Positions 24,445 to 35,622 of a stretch of DNA of 37,898 bases are shown here, piece after piece. The DNA comes from Octopus sinensis (Eukaryota). Under the pieces are notes generated by a model, which saw only the letters and a program-made list of their open reading frames with translations, ran no database searches and was not told the DNA's origin. Numbering within the stretch: the stretch's first letter is position 1; every line of letters begins with the position of its first letter. The DNA is taken from the NCBI RefSeq assembly GCF_006345805.1, contig NW_021832754.1:1-37898 (forward strand), read 5' to 3'. A program made the translations under genes and the position numbers.

Positions 24445-24590
24445 ACATTCGAACCCCTCAGTCTTCAGTCAAGAACCGGATCATCGTAGTAATTTCGGCT
24501 GATTAATCTTGAGATTACTAGATCACGGCCAGCCCTCCAAGAAAAACTAAGCTGGAAGCGTAGATTTCCTGGAAGAAGGATCGAATGCAT
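24445..24590 (-). ncRNA. Putative reverse-order hammerhead-like motif, type 1 (copy a)
   Basis: Minus strand: ggcug-gccgugauc-UAGUAAU-C-UCAAGA-uuaau-cagcc-GAA-AUUACUA-cgau-gauccggu-UCUUGA-CUGAAGA. Predicted cleavage after the C at 24513. Confidence 0.65.
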
Positions 24591-25238
24591 ACGAACACCA
24601 GGACAGCAAAAGGGACAGATATAAAAAAAAACAAAAAACAATAATGGAATACAGAAACATGAAATACAGAAGCATTAACGGTGAAAACAACAAGTGTCTT
24701 ACGACTGATAACAAGCAAACAAATTTTTTCTCTGGCGCATTGGAAAAAGCCTTTATAGCGGCGGACGAAGAACAACGATGTTAACACGACGAGGGTCAGG
24801 AGCTGAAAGGCAGATTTCGGCCAACAGTCACGTGACAGAGAAGAGGAAAAGAAAAGAAAGAGAAGCAAAGGAAGAGAGAGAGAGAGAAAAAGGGGGACAA
24901 AACGCAACAAAGAGAGAGAAGAGAGAGAAAGAAGGAATCAGAGAGGAGAAGGGATGGGTGTCGAAGAATGACCTGTGAGTGCAGAGCGAGACAAAGAAAT
25001 AGGAGGGTAGTGGAAGACTAGACCAAAGGATCAGAGGAAAGAGAAGATGATAGAGAGAAAGTAAAAATGAGAGAGAGAGAGAGACAAACAGAGAGTCGTA
25101 CCAATTATTAAGAATATATGTTCACATTAATGATAAAGGGGTACGGGGCGCCTGGAATATAAGTTAAGGTATGTAGAAAAATACAACATGGACAAGAACG
25201 TATAACTCATAGAAGACGATACAATAAACATGGACAGG

Positions 25239-25384
25239 ACATTCGAACCCCTCAGTCTTCAGTCAAGAACCGGATCATCGTAGTAATTTCGGCTGATTAA
25301 TCTTGAGATTACTAGATCACGGCCAGCCCTCCAAGAAAAACTAAGCTGGAAGCGTAGATTTCCTGGAAGAAGGATCGAATGCAT
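25239..25384 (-). ncRNA. Putative reverse-order hammerhead-like motif, type 1 (copy b)
   Basis: Core identical to copy a; predicted cleavage after the C at 25307. Confidence 0.65.
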
Positions 25385-25449
25385 ACGAACACCAGGACAG
25401 CAAAAGGGACAGATATAAAAAAAAACAAAAAACAATAATGGAATACAGA

Positions 25450-25511
<62 letters not shown>

Positions 25512-25964
25512 TTCCTCGATAGATATGTAGATCGATAGAGGGATAGATATAGATATAAGGGCAAATACGTGTGAATTTGTGTACGCTTGCGTGGGTATTT
25601 ATTAGGGTAAACATGCATGCACATATATGTTTGCCCTTCTAGATGAGGAGTGTGAAGTAAAAATTTATGTTACATTCTAACCATATCTCGTTATGCAACC
25701 TCCCACCACATCTACCAACGCATACATAGGGACATCATGAGTAACATATGTGAATGCCTTGGAAACGTATCAGTTGACATCTGTCACTACGAACGTATTC
25801 GTTCTTGATAAAAGTTATCAATGACCGGTGTTTTTTTTTTCCTTTTTTCACCTCCTCCTCTTTTATTTGAAGTGTCTACGTCAAGTTTCTGATGTAAAGA
25901 TGCTTGTTTTGCTAGTTGGTGCGTAGGAAAGGAAGCAGATGACATATTCTGATGCAGTCCACCT

Positions 25965-26010
<46 letters not shown>

Positions 26011-26071
26011 ATCTCTCTCTCTGAAATGGTTACAATGATTGCCTGAGGTTACTTCGGTTAGTAAAATTACC

Positions 26072-26295
26072 AAAAAGTCTTATGGAATCACATAAAAAAA
26101 CCCTCAGGTATTTCGTTATGTCCTTTTACATTCGGAGTTCGAATGCTAGTAAGATCGCTTTTACTTGTCATCTAAATGGGTAGAATTCAAAAATAAATCA
26201 GTTGCACCTTCCTTCGTTCAATATTCTAGAGATATGGTCGAGTCTACAGTGTACCGGATCATCTCTTTACGTTCTGAGTTGAAATGATGAAAATA
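26072..26295. repeat. Right arm of the inverted duplication (partner 24001-24223)
   Basis: Near-identical reverse complement of 24001-24223. Confidence 0.93.
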
Positions 26296-26334
26296 AGAAT
26301 CAGTCTCGGACTGTGACTCGATTAAATCAATAAC

Positions 26335-27050
26335 TTCTTTCTTCCATCCATCCATTTTCGCTGCCCACTATTCCGGGGAGAGTCGCTGCGGAGTTGAGTT
26401 CTCAGTCACCTCCTCCTTAGGTTTCTATCGAAAACAACCGTCATTAAACTTGCCGCCTGGACAAACTGAATAATATGGATATTATCCAGCCATCTCGTTC
26501 TTGGTCTACCGCTGGTCTCCTGCCGGTTGGCTCGGCCTGAATAATCCGTCTTACGATTCTTTCCTTTGATATCACACGTCCTTTGTACGAAAGCTGTGAT
26601 CTCTCATTCTGGAGGAGCAGCGGCTCGAACTGGAGAGACTCGCTGATCTCAACCTGCACACCCCATCGAGTAACGTTACTCTAGATAGCATTCGGAGAAA
26701 TTCTCTTTCGTCCAACCAGCTTGCATATGTGATCTTACTCTTTCGGTCATTATCCAACATTCATGATTGTTGCTGAGGATAGGCAAGAAAACCATATTCA
26801 AGATATCAAGTTTGGCCTCTTTTACCAACCTGTCTTCTTCTGAGGTTCAAATCTAGTACAGTAAAACAGACGCATTACTGTACCAGCACCTTACATTTCT
26901 CGACATAGCAAATCTTTCTTGAGAGAACTAATGTTTCAGTCTTCACAAAATTTATGCTTATTCCTTGTAGCACAAAACAGTGAACCAATATAATGCATCC
27001 TAGAGACCATCTTCTGATGAGTCAAATAGCACCAAGTCATCTTCAAATAC
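26335..27050 (-). mobile_element. RTE-clade LINE 3' fragment with (GATG)n-type tail
   Basis: DDLVLFDSSEDGL near 27040-27000; KLDILNMVFLPIL...HECWIMTERVRS; C-terminal IVRRIIQAEPTGRRP followed, after a frameshift, by RPRTRWLDNI; tail gatggatggaagaaag. Confidence 0.8.
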
Positions 27051-27096
27051 ATTGGGTAAAAAAAAATATTGTCTGCTACTCTGACAAATTTTGCTG

Positions 27097-29020
27097 TACT
27101 AAACTAAATCGAGTACGCTAATTCCAAATCTGAACTCAGAATTGCTGTAGCATATCAGGATTTTGAGTTATGCGCATAATTGTATATTAATACCATATTA
27201 GTATCAGGAATAGTTAAGTTCAAGGTAAATACTTATTATAATAGTGTATATTAGTACTGTGTATTTTATATTTATGTTCAAGGCAGATATTATTATAATA
27301 AAATGGTACATAGTATATTTATGTTAAGGGGATACTTTATTTTTTATATGCTCAGCTCAGAAATATTTGAAACATTTGCTCTTGCGCTTGTGCGTAGTGT
27401 TGGTTTCCCGTTGTAGGAACCTGCAGTAATCACCCTGGATTGAACCAGCCTTGATACCTTGTTTCCGTCTCACCATGCTTATCACTAACGGCACCAAGAT
27501 TCGTTGGAAAAAACTCGAGATGTGAATGCAAGAAATGCATTTTAAGGGCCATTCAACATCCCATCTTTCATACGCTATTAGCACGTTGTTTATTTAATCA
27601 GCATAGTTTTCAGCTATGATTTCCAAGAAAGTTCTGTACAACTAACGTGAATAAATTTCATGCCGTCAGCTCAACTGGATTCAGTTTACCTCTGAATTTA
27701 CTATCACACATCAATTCTCTGATATTGGGTGCAATGAAAATGCCTACTTTCATTTTCGTGTCACTTTTCCCTGCGCCAAATTTTACTTTTAAGTACTGGA
27801 AGCCACAACCATCGTGTTTCATTTCTTTTACCAAGTTTTTCATGAGGTCGAGTTTGATGTGAAGGGACGGAAGGAAGATCTTTTGTGGGTCTACCAGTGC
27901 CATATGCTGTACATTGTACCGACCAACTATGCGCTCACCTCTTTTAAGCCAGTCATTTACTGTGTAATAATTGCTGTCATCACGGCTGTTCCGAACACAC
28001 AAGAAGCACATATCTTTGGTATATCTCAGCTGCAGTCCTAGGAGAGAAATCATCTTTAAATCATTACAAATATTCCACTCCTTTCAGAGTGAGTTCCATC
28101 GATTCATAGGTTTCTTCCATGACCCACAGAAATTGAAGGTTTTTCATTACCGTTATGTAATAACACGCTAACCTTTGACTCTAACCTTACTCGAGTCTAT
28201 AAACGATCTCCATTCGTTAACCACATGCACGTGTCCTAGTTTTTTGTATGAGTGCGTTAACGTCAGTACCTTGCTTGAAAAAGACAGATAAGCTTTCATG
28301 GTGAGAACGGAAAATGGAAATTTTCGTACCTTGCTGTAGGAAATGTCGTTGCTGTAGTCTGGACCCCAAAACTTCTGCTTTCTCATTTGACAACGCCAAG
28401 TCTCTTACTAAATAGTTCAAATCTTCTTGATTAAACAAGCGCGGCTCATTTTTCTTAGAATCAACGACGTAACTCTTCGTTAATAGGAGATGTGCGATGT
28501 GTGAAGGTCTTCAAATGAATCATATGAGAGGAGAACTAGGAAGGGGTCTCGAAGTTATGTGGGAGCGGTTTTAGAGCCGACTTACAATCTGCATATACAA
28601 TTTTTGCTTTGGTTTTCTTTGAGAAACCATTAGTATCAGTTATGCAAAGTAACAGAGACATGATTGGTTGGCTTACGCCATACCATTAGTACAGCAAAAG
28701 GCATTTTCTTCCGTTTTCCATTCAGCCACTGCGTAAGTCCTGAATAACACATGGTGCCGCATGTGTGAGGTGTCCACCTCTTGTGTCGATCCCCAACTTT
28801 ACACCCAAAATAATATTTATAGGCAGTTTTTAATTTGGTGGTAATGGAGCAAATTTTCCACAGACAGTTGTCTGGGTGATTCACACAGCCGCTCCTATTA
28901 ATGATCTAACACAATGACCACAGTTAAAACAGTAATCACGCAGAGTGAGAGATACACATACCACACATGACAACAGCACAAACCACACTGAGAGTTAACA
29001 AGAAGAAACTGACGTATTTG
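27097..29020 (-). mobile_element. Degenerate DNA transposon, probably Chapaev3-like (CMC)
   Basis: NHPDNC...YFGCKVGDRHKRWTPHTC..C...W..GKRKKMPFAVLMVWRKPTNH (ORF 28636..28884); FNQEDLNYLVRDLALS.EKAEVLGSRL; LLGLQ..YTK.MCFLC..SR and LPSLHIKLDLMKNLVK (ORF 27658..28053). The family name is from recall and the boundaries are approximate. Confidence 0.7.
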
Positions 29021-29064
29021 GCGCTTCACACCTATGGAATAAAGTAAAGAAATTATCGTTCAAT

Positions 29065-29859
29065 ACAAATGTGCAAGCTTTATTACATGGGGACCAATGT
29101 GAACAACAGTTTTCAATCTGGCTCCTCCGATTAAGAAATTGGAATGTACCATTTGATTGGAATGGTGATATCAGTTTGGCTCATATTGCTATCATGGTGA
29201 ATTCCCCAACTTAATTGAAGAACAGGATATTTCCAGACTTCAGTAATAATTATAATTCACATAAATGGTTGTGTGAAAGGATCATTTTTGCTCCAAAAAA
29301 TGAGACAGTAGTAAGGATTAACCACGAATTAACAAATAAGATTCCAACAGTCATTAAGGAGTACAAATAAGTTGATTCAGTCCTTCATGAAAATCAGGCT
29401 ATTCATTACCCAACACAGTTCCATAATTCCCTTGGACCACTTGGAACTCCTCCACATAAACTTCTTCTAAAGGTAGGAGTTCAATAATGCTTCTGAGAAA
29501 TTTAGATCCTCCTAAATCATGCAATGGAGCAAGGTTGATTGTGAAGACATTATCACCTAATGCGTTAGAAGTTACCATCATCACTGGATGTGTCTCTGGG
29601 GAACAGGTTTTCGTTCCAAGAATTTCAATCAAACCAGCAGACATGCCTTTGAGTTCAAATGAACACAATTCCCAGTGTGACTTTGCTTTGCAATGTCTAT
29701 TAATAAAGCTCAAGGTTAGTCTTTGAAATCTACTAGCTCGATTTTCTCATGGTCAATTTGTTGGTTGCTCCAGGACTGGTAGTTTGCATGACTTATTTAT
29801 TTGTCTATGTTCCAAACCAGAATACAAAGAATGTTGTTTACCGAGAAGCTCTTACGTAA
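29065..29859 (+). mobile_element. Helitron PIF1-like helicase C-terminal fragment (pseudogenised)
   Basis: WLCERIIFAPKN; GTPPHKLLLKVG; MLLRNLDPPKSCNGARLIV; FVPRI; FAMSINKAQG*SL; FSHGQ..VGCSR; TKNVVYREAL ending at a stop at 29857-29859. Confidence 0.92.
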
Positions 29860-29958
29860 TTTCCTTCAACCTATGTGGTAGAATTTATCTCCTTTCATAA
29901 AAGTGGAAACATTTTGTATTTTCGTTATCATCATCATCATCATCATCATTCATTATTA

Positions 29959-30000
<42 letters not shown>

Positions 30001-30011
30001 CATTATTATTA

Positions 30012-30185
30012 AGGCGGCGAGATGGAAGAATCGCCAGATGGAATGCTTAGGGGGTATTTCACTCGTCGCTACGTTCTGAGTTCAAATCCCACCAAGGTCG
30101 ACTTTGGCTTTTCATCCTTTCGGAGTCGATAAATTAAGTACCAGTGAAATACTAGGGTCAATGTAATCGACTCAATCTCTTCCTC
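30012..30185 (+). mobile_element. tRNA-derived SINE, family A, following (CAT)n/(TAT)n
   Basis: aggcggcgagatggaagaatcg...gttctgagttcaaatccc...ttttcatcctttcggagtcgataaattaagtaccag. Confidence 0.88.
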
Positions 30186-30530
30186 CGAGCTTCCCTTGTG
30201 GAAAAAATCTGACTTAGCCTCGTGTATGTATATATATATTATATATATATATATATAATATATATATATACATGTATGCGTATACATACATACATGTGCA
30301 TATACATACATGTGCATATATATATATATATATATAATTTAGGCAACGGTTTAGCTATGCAACACCAAAAAAGAAAATTATAATTGTCATTAAAAATGAC
30401 AGAGGGCATTAGAAACACATACAACGCTAAAACTAAGAGCTAAAGCGCTCTGATGCTGCAGTCAGCGCACATGATTGTATACATACATACTAACAACAAC
30501 CGAAACCGGCAGTCGAAATATATATATATA

Positions 30531-30846
30531 TTCTTGTTTGTATTTGTAATTGTGTACCATGTTCTCCGTTTTTTGTCTTTGTTGTCGTACACATTCGCTA
30601 GCTTTCTTACAAAAACATAAATGCTTTTAGCTTAGATTTGGTGGCGGGGAAGGAGGCAACCAGATCGAACAGTCTCAAGTGTAACTGCCCGAAACTGTAA
30701 GGACATCTAGTAGCTTGACTGACGAAAGAAGGCCACGAATGGACCCATCCATTTTTTTTTCTTGTCTCTCTTGTTGTTTTTCCTGTCTGCCTTTGTGCCG
30801 TCTATCTGTCCGGATGTTTTATTGTCCTCTATTGTGTTTTTGTTCC
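30531..30846 (+). mobile_element. Solo PLE-like terminal repeat in (TA)n
   Basis: T-rich ~315-bp segment flanked by (TA)n; distantly similar to the 24371-24660 repeat. Confidence 0.6.
30592..30741 (+). ncRNA. Putative reverse-order hammerhead-like motif, type 2
   Basis: ggca-accagau-cga-ACAGU-C-UCAAGU-guaac-ugccc-GAA-ACUGU-aaggac-aucuagu-a-GCUUGA-CUGACGA-aagaaggc. GUC triplet, with C at 30674. Confidence 0.65.
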
Positions 30847-31435
30847 TATATATATATATATATATAATATATATATATATTATATATATATATTAATATA
30901 TATATATATTACATATAGCGGCGTACGTAACCATTGCTCACCATACATACATACATGCATAAATACATGCATGCATCATAGCATAAATACATGTATGCAT
31001 GCATAAATACATGCATGAATGCATGCATACATACATGCATGCATACATACATGCATGCATGCATACATACATGTACTGAATTGATTGATTGAAAGATAGA
31101 CAAACATACAGACGGATAGAATAAAAGTGGGAGAGAGAGAGAGAGGTGGAGGAGAGAGAGCCAAATAGAGAGAGCGCGGGGAGAGGCAAACATAAAGATA
31201 GATAGAACACTGTAACGAGAGTAGGGCAGTAAAATCTGCAGAAGAGCAAAACAGACTGTTACTGATGCTACCTTTTTGCCAATTTTTCTTACCAGACTGC
31301 AAAAGCATACAAAAGAATCACCGAAACGTTTTGCACCCAAGTAATAATAAAAAAAAGTGAGTGTAAAGAGAAGAATAGAGAGACTGAAAACGATGAACAA
31401 TAAGAAGATTTAATAATATTAATCATTATCATCAA

Positions 31436-31665
31436 GTTGGTAAGCTGGCAAAATCGTTACTGCACCAGAAAGAAAGAAAAAAAAATCAAAAGCGGCATTT
31501 CTATCGACTTTACGTTCTGAGATCAAATCCCGCCGGCGTCGACTTTAATTTATATCCTTTCGGGGTTGATAAAATAAGTACTATACTAGTTGAATACTGG
31601 TGTCGATGTAATTGACAAGCCCCCCCCTACCCCGTACTTGCTGGCCTTGCGCCAAAATTGGAAAC
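31436..31665 (+). mobile_element. tRNA-derived SINE, family A
   Basis: agctggcaaaatcgtta...gttctgagatcaaatcccgcc...atcctttcggggttgataaaataagtac. Confidence 0.85.
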
Positions 31666-31751
31666 CAATATTAATCATTATCATCATGATGTTATTACTG
31701 CTGCTGTTACTACCACCACCACCACCACCACGAATACTGATGATAATAATA

Positions 31752-31952
31752 ATGGTTTCCAGTTTTGGCACGGGGCCAGCAGTATTTTTTTTTTTTTTTT
31801 TTGCATGGTGAAGGGGAAAGTAGACTACCTCGAACTCATTACTGAACTGGTACTTATTTTATCGATTCCGATAGGATGAAAGGCAAAGCTGACCTCGGCA
31901 GAATTTGAACTTAGAACAAAAGAACGGACGGAATGCCACTAAGCGTTTTGCA
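31752..31952 (-). mobile_element. tRNA-derived SINE, family A (tail-to-tail with the previous copy)
   Basis: ctggtacttattttatcga...ggatgaaaggcaaagctgacctcggcagaatttgaact. Confidence 0.85.
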
Positions 31953-32572
31953 AGAAGAAGATGAAGAAGAAGAAGAAATGCTGTAGATGAAAAAGAAAAA
32001 AGAGTAGGATAAAACGGACGAAGAAAAGTAGATTTATAGAATAAGAAAGAAAGAAAGAAAGAAAAGGAAAATAACGAGAAAAGACAAAAACAAATGAGAA
32101 ATTACTCTATCTGTGTCTAAATTCCCTCTAAATTCCCTATCTGTGTTTACACATGCACCTTTCGAATTGTGTTCACCGAATATTTTACCAAGGAGGTTAC
32201 AGAACCGGTGAAGTATTTCTCACCGAATTTTCGACTATCATCGTGCTGACATGCATCTTTGCTTCACCACTACATCACTCAATGTTTTTTATTCCCTCCC
32301 ATCCCATCCCATTCTTTCCTATGTACTTAATGTGTATTTTTAATTATATATATATATATATCATTTTTGCAGTTTCCATTTTTCATTTAACATCTTTTAT
32401 TTTTCTTTTATCCCAACCCCACCACCGTGACTTCATTCTGTTCTTTTCTCTCTCTCTCTCCCTTTCCCTCTTTCTCTTTCTTTTTCTTTCTCTTTCACAT
32501 TCTTTGCTTATATTTGTCTCCCAGTGTATATGCACACACACACACACGTGTGTGTGGTGTATGTATGAATGG

Positions 32573-32621
<49 letters not shown>

Positions 32622-32663
32622 CATATATATACTTACACACACACACATATATATATATATATA

Positions 32664-33130
32664 CGAGGGGTACCCAAAAGAAACGGGAATTTTGTAATAT
32701 TTTATTCACTTAGTTTTATGTGTTTACACTTTTATTGCCTTGAAAATATTCTCCGTTTGAAGCAACGCATCAATCCAGACAAGTTTTCCTCTTTGCAAAG
32801 CAGTGCTGGAACTCATACGAAATGATGCCTTTTAAACCTTCCGTCGTTTTTTTTTTCTACCTTTCCCACATCTGCAAACTCCGTGGTACCAGCTTTCGTC
32901 ACCAGTGATGACATTCGAAACAGGGTCCAGATCAACTTCCAACTGTTCTTTCGGTTCACGTCAAACATTTAGAGATTTTGGTCTTCATAAGCAAGTGAGG
33001 CACAAATTTTGCTACAACTCTTTTCACTCGCAATTCCTTAACATTTTTTTCTTTACACAGAACCACGTTACCGATTCTACAGCAGAACACCGGCGGATAC
33101 TTCCCCATGAACAGTCGGATGACTTATGCT
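32664..33130 (-). mobile_element. Internally deleted Tc1/mariner remnant
   Basis: TA followed by TIR-like cgaggggtacccaaaagaaacggg at 32662; minus-strand NVITGDESWYHG (~32915-32880) contains the first catalytic-D motif of mariner transposases. Confidence 0.75.
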
Positions 33131-33225
33131 ACTATAATATCAGCTAAATTTCATCCTATAACACCCTACAATCTTCAAAATAATAATAAAAGTGCTCATT
33201 TGGTAGTTTGAGCCCACACAGCACC

Positions 33226-33681
33226 AGCAGTTCCAAAGTTGAGGTTCGCGAACCTTCGGAGAAGGAAGTACGCAAACAGAGACTAGTGTTTCTTATTTCT
33301 TTATTGCTCACAAGGAGCTAAACATAGAGGGGACAAACAAGGACAGACAAAGGGATTAAGTCGATTACGTCGACCCCAGTGCCTTTCATCCTTTCTGGTT
33401 CTTTCATCCTAAGATGAAAGTTCCTAACTGGTACTTTATTTATCAACCCCGAAAGGATGAAAGGCAAAGTCGACCTCGGCGGAATTTGAACTCAGAACGT
33501 AACGGCAGACGAAATACGGCTACGCATTTCGCCCGGCGTGCTAACGTTTCTGCTAGCTCGCCGCCTTAAGGGAAGATTAGTGTTTCTATGACTAGAGTTC
33601 AAAGTTCGTTGAGTAGACACCCCTTTCTAGGGTCCGGAGAATTATTCATTTAGATAGTACTGAAAAGATTGAGAACCATTG
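33226..33681. mobile_element. Probable hAT-derived MITE interrupted by a SINE
   Basis: Imperfect ends cagcagttccaaag ... attgagaaccattg resemble CAGTGGTTCTCAA-type hAT TIRs. Confidence 0.45.
33294..33567 (-). mobile_element. Full-length family A SINE with 10-bp TSD
   Basis: Complete head-to-tail match to 16291-16520; tagtgtttct at 33284-33293 and 33578-33587. Confidence 0.93.
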
Positions 33682-33714
33682 TACTGCAATTTCTTGACAG
33701 CATTTGTTGAGACT

Positions 33715-33865
33715 CTTTAAGTTCTGAGTTCAAATCCTATCGAGGTCAACCTCCTTACCTTCTGGAGTAGGTAATGCAGTCGACCGGTCAAGTACTAGAA
33801 TGGGTGGCATCGACTAACAGCTTTGTCTTGCGAAATTGCTGACCATGAGCCTAACTTTGAATTCA
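33715..33865 (+). mobile_element. Decayed family A SINE
   Basis: gttctgagttcaaatcctatcgaggtcaac...gaaattgctgacc. Confidence 0.6.
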
Positions 33866-33956
33866 TTATACCTGCAGAAAATACACTGGAGTCAGGACTG
33901 AGAATTCCTTTAATCATACATCTATTGGGTGATAGGTCAGGGGATAAACAACAACA

Positions 33957-34130
33957 CCATCATCATCATCGTCATTGTTATCATCATCATCATCATCATC
34001 ATCGTCGTCGACATCATTCTCATTGTCGTCTTCGTCGTCGTCGGCATCATCATCATCGTCATCATCATCATCATCATCATCATCATGATCATCATCATCA
34101 ACATCAACATCAACAACAGCAACAACAACT
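33957..34130. repeat. (CAT)n/(CGT)n/(CAA)n microsatellite
   Basis: Direct reading. Confidence 0.95.
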
Positions 34131-34241
34131 CTATTCCATTATTAATTTGTCTGATTCTTCCTTTCAATCTGTTTTGTTCGTTCTTGCACCTTCTTCTGCT
34201 TGCCTCCGTGTTTCTCTGTCTCTCTTTCTTGGCTTCCTCCA

Positions 34242-34242
<1 letters not shown>

Positions 34243-34322
<80 letters not shown>
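34243..34322. repeat. (CT)n microsatellite
   Basis: Direct reading. Confidence 0.97.
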
Positions 34323-34324
<2 letters not shown>

Positions 34325-34666
34325 ACTCACAAACTCACCCATTCACTCACTCACCCTTTCTTATTGTAGTTCCTTTATTTTCCTTGACCACACCCACTCC
34401 CGTTTTCAGGAATCACTATTGGAGTATTTTCACAGGAATGTGCGATGCTGTGTACTGCGTTGTAAGTGGATGATGTATGCGTGCGTGCGTATGAGCGTAT
34501 GCTTTATACTGCGTGCTGTGTGAACGTGTGCCAGAATAGAAAATACAGAGAAACAGTTATTGAAATATTCTTCATATAATTAAATGAACATCCCAGTTAC
34601 AATGCATATGTACTCTCTCTGACAATACAGCCACTCCCTAAAATAGATGTGTGTGTGTGTATCTAT

Positions 34667-34700
<34 letters not shown>

Positions 34701-34767
34701 GTCTGTCTGTCTGTCTGTCTGTCTGTCCCTCTCTCTCTCTCTCTCTCCCTATATATATATATAATAT

Positions 34768-34801
<34 letters not shown>

Positions 34802-35280
34802 CATACAATTCATAAATGAGGGCAAAGGAAAAAAATTCTAATGCCAATATGCCGAAAAATTGACATATTGTCCATTAACCATATAATTTTTTCACAATAC
34901 GCACGCTACCCGAAAGAAGGTCGACAGAAATTTCTAAAAAAATTCATTATTACCATATCGGACCGATTTCAGAGTTAGCTACTAAGAGCCCTCTCTTCGT
35001 CAGTGATACATGTGGCAAAAGAAATAAATGAGATACTTACTCGTACCCATATGAAAATGTATTGTAGTTTGGCATTCACGTTTTTAATACGATCTGTCTC
35101 TATTTTTGCACTTTGTATATCACCCTTGGCACGTATTTTCATCCCTTTTCTCTTTTCTCCTCTTCTCATTGTTGCTCTTTCGCTCCCTCTCGTTCCACTT
35201 CTTCAATATTCCTTTTCTTTCTTCACTTCTCTCTTTCTCTGTATGTGTGTATACATATGTATAAGTGTGTATGTGTGTGC

Positions 35281-35289
<9 letters not shown>

Positions 35290-35325
<36 letters not shown>

Positions 35326-35338
35326 ATATATATATATT

Positions 35339-35387
<49 letters not shown>

Positions 35388-35395
35388 AGTATATT

Positions 35396-35445
<50 letters not shown>

Positions 35446-35515
35446 ATATATTATATATATATATATAATTTATATATATATTATATATATATTATAATAT
35501 ATAATTATATATATT

Positions 35516-35548
<33 letters not shown>

Positions 35549-35622
35549 TATATTATATATATATATATATATTTATTATAATATATATATATTTATATAT
35601 ATATATAATATATATATTATAT
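35290..35622. repeat. Long imperfect (TA)n microsatellite
   Basis: Direct reading. Confidence 0.95.

Larger units (their letters stand above)
24371..25454 (-). mobile_element. Non-coding element with ~290-bp direct terminal repeats (PLE pseudo-LTR / retrozyme-like) in (TA)n
   Basis: 24371-24660 and 25164-25454 are almost identical; the ~500-bp interior has no credible ORF; (TA)n lies on both flanks. Confidence 0.8.

Noticed and set aside
30445-30516. ctgatgc...cgaaaccgg hammerhead-like remnant
   Set aside because: No CUGANGA and no convincing helix II.
33823-34473. 216-aa poly-His/Gln ORF
   Set aside because: It is a translation of (CAT)n and (CT)n microsatellites, starts inside a SINE remnant and has no domain.
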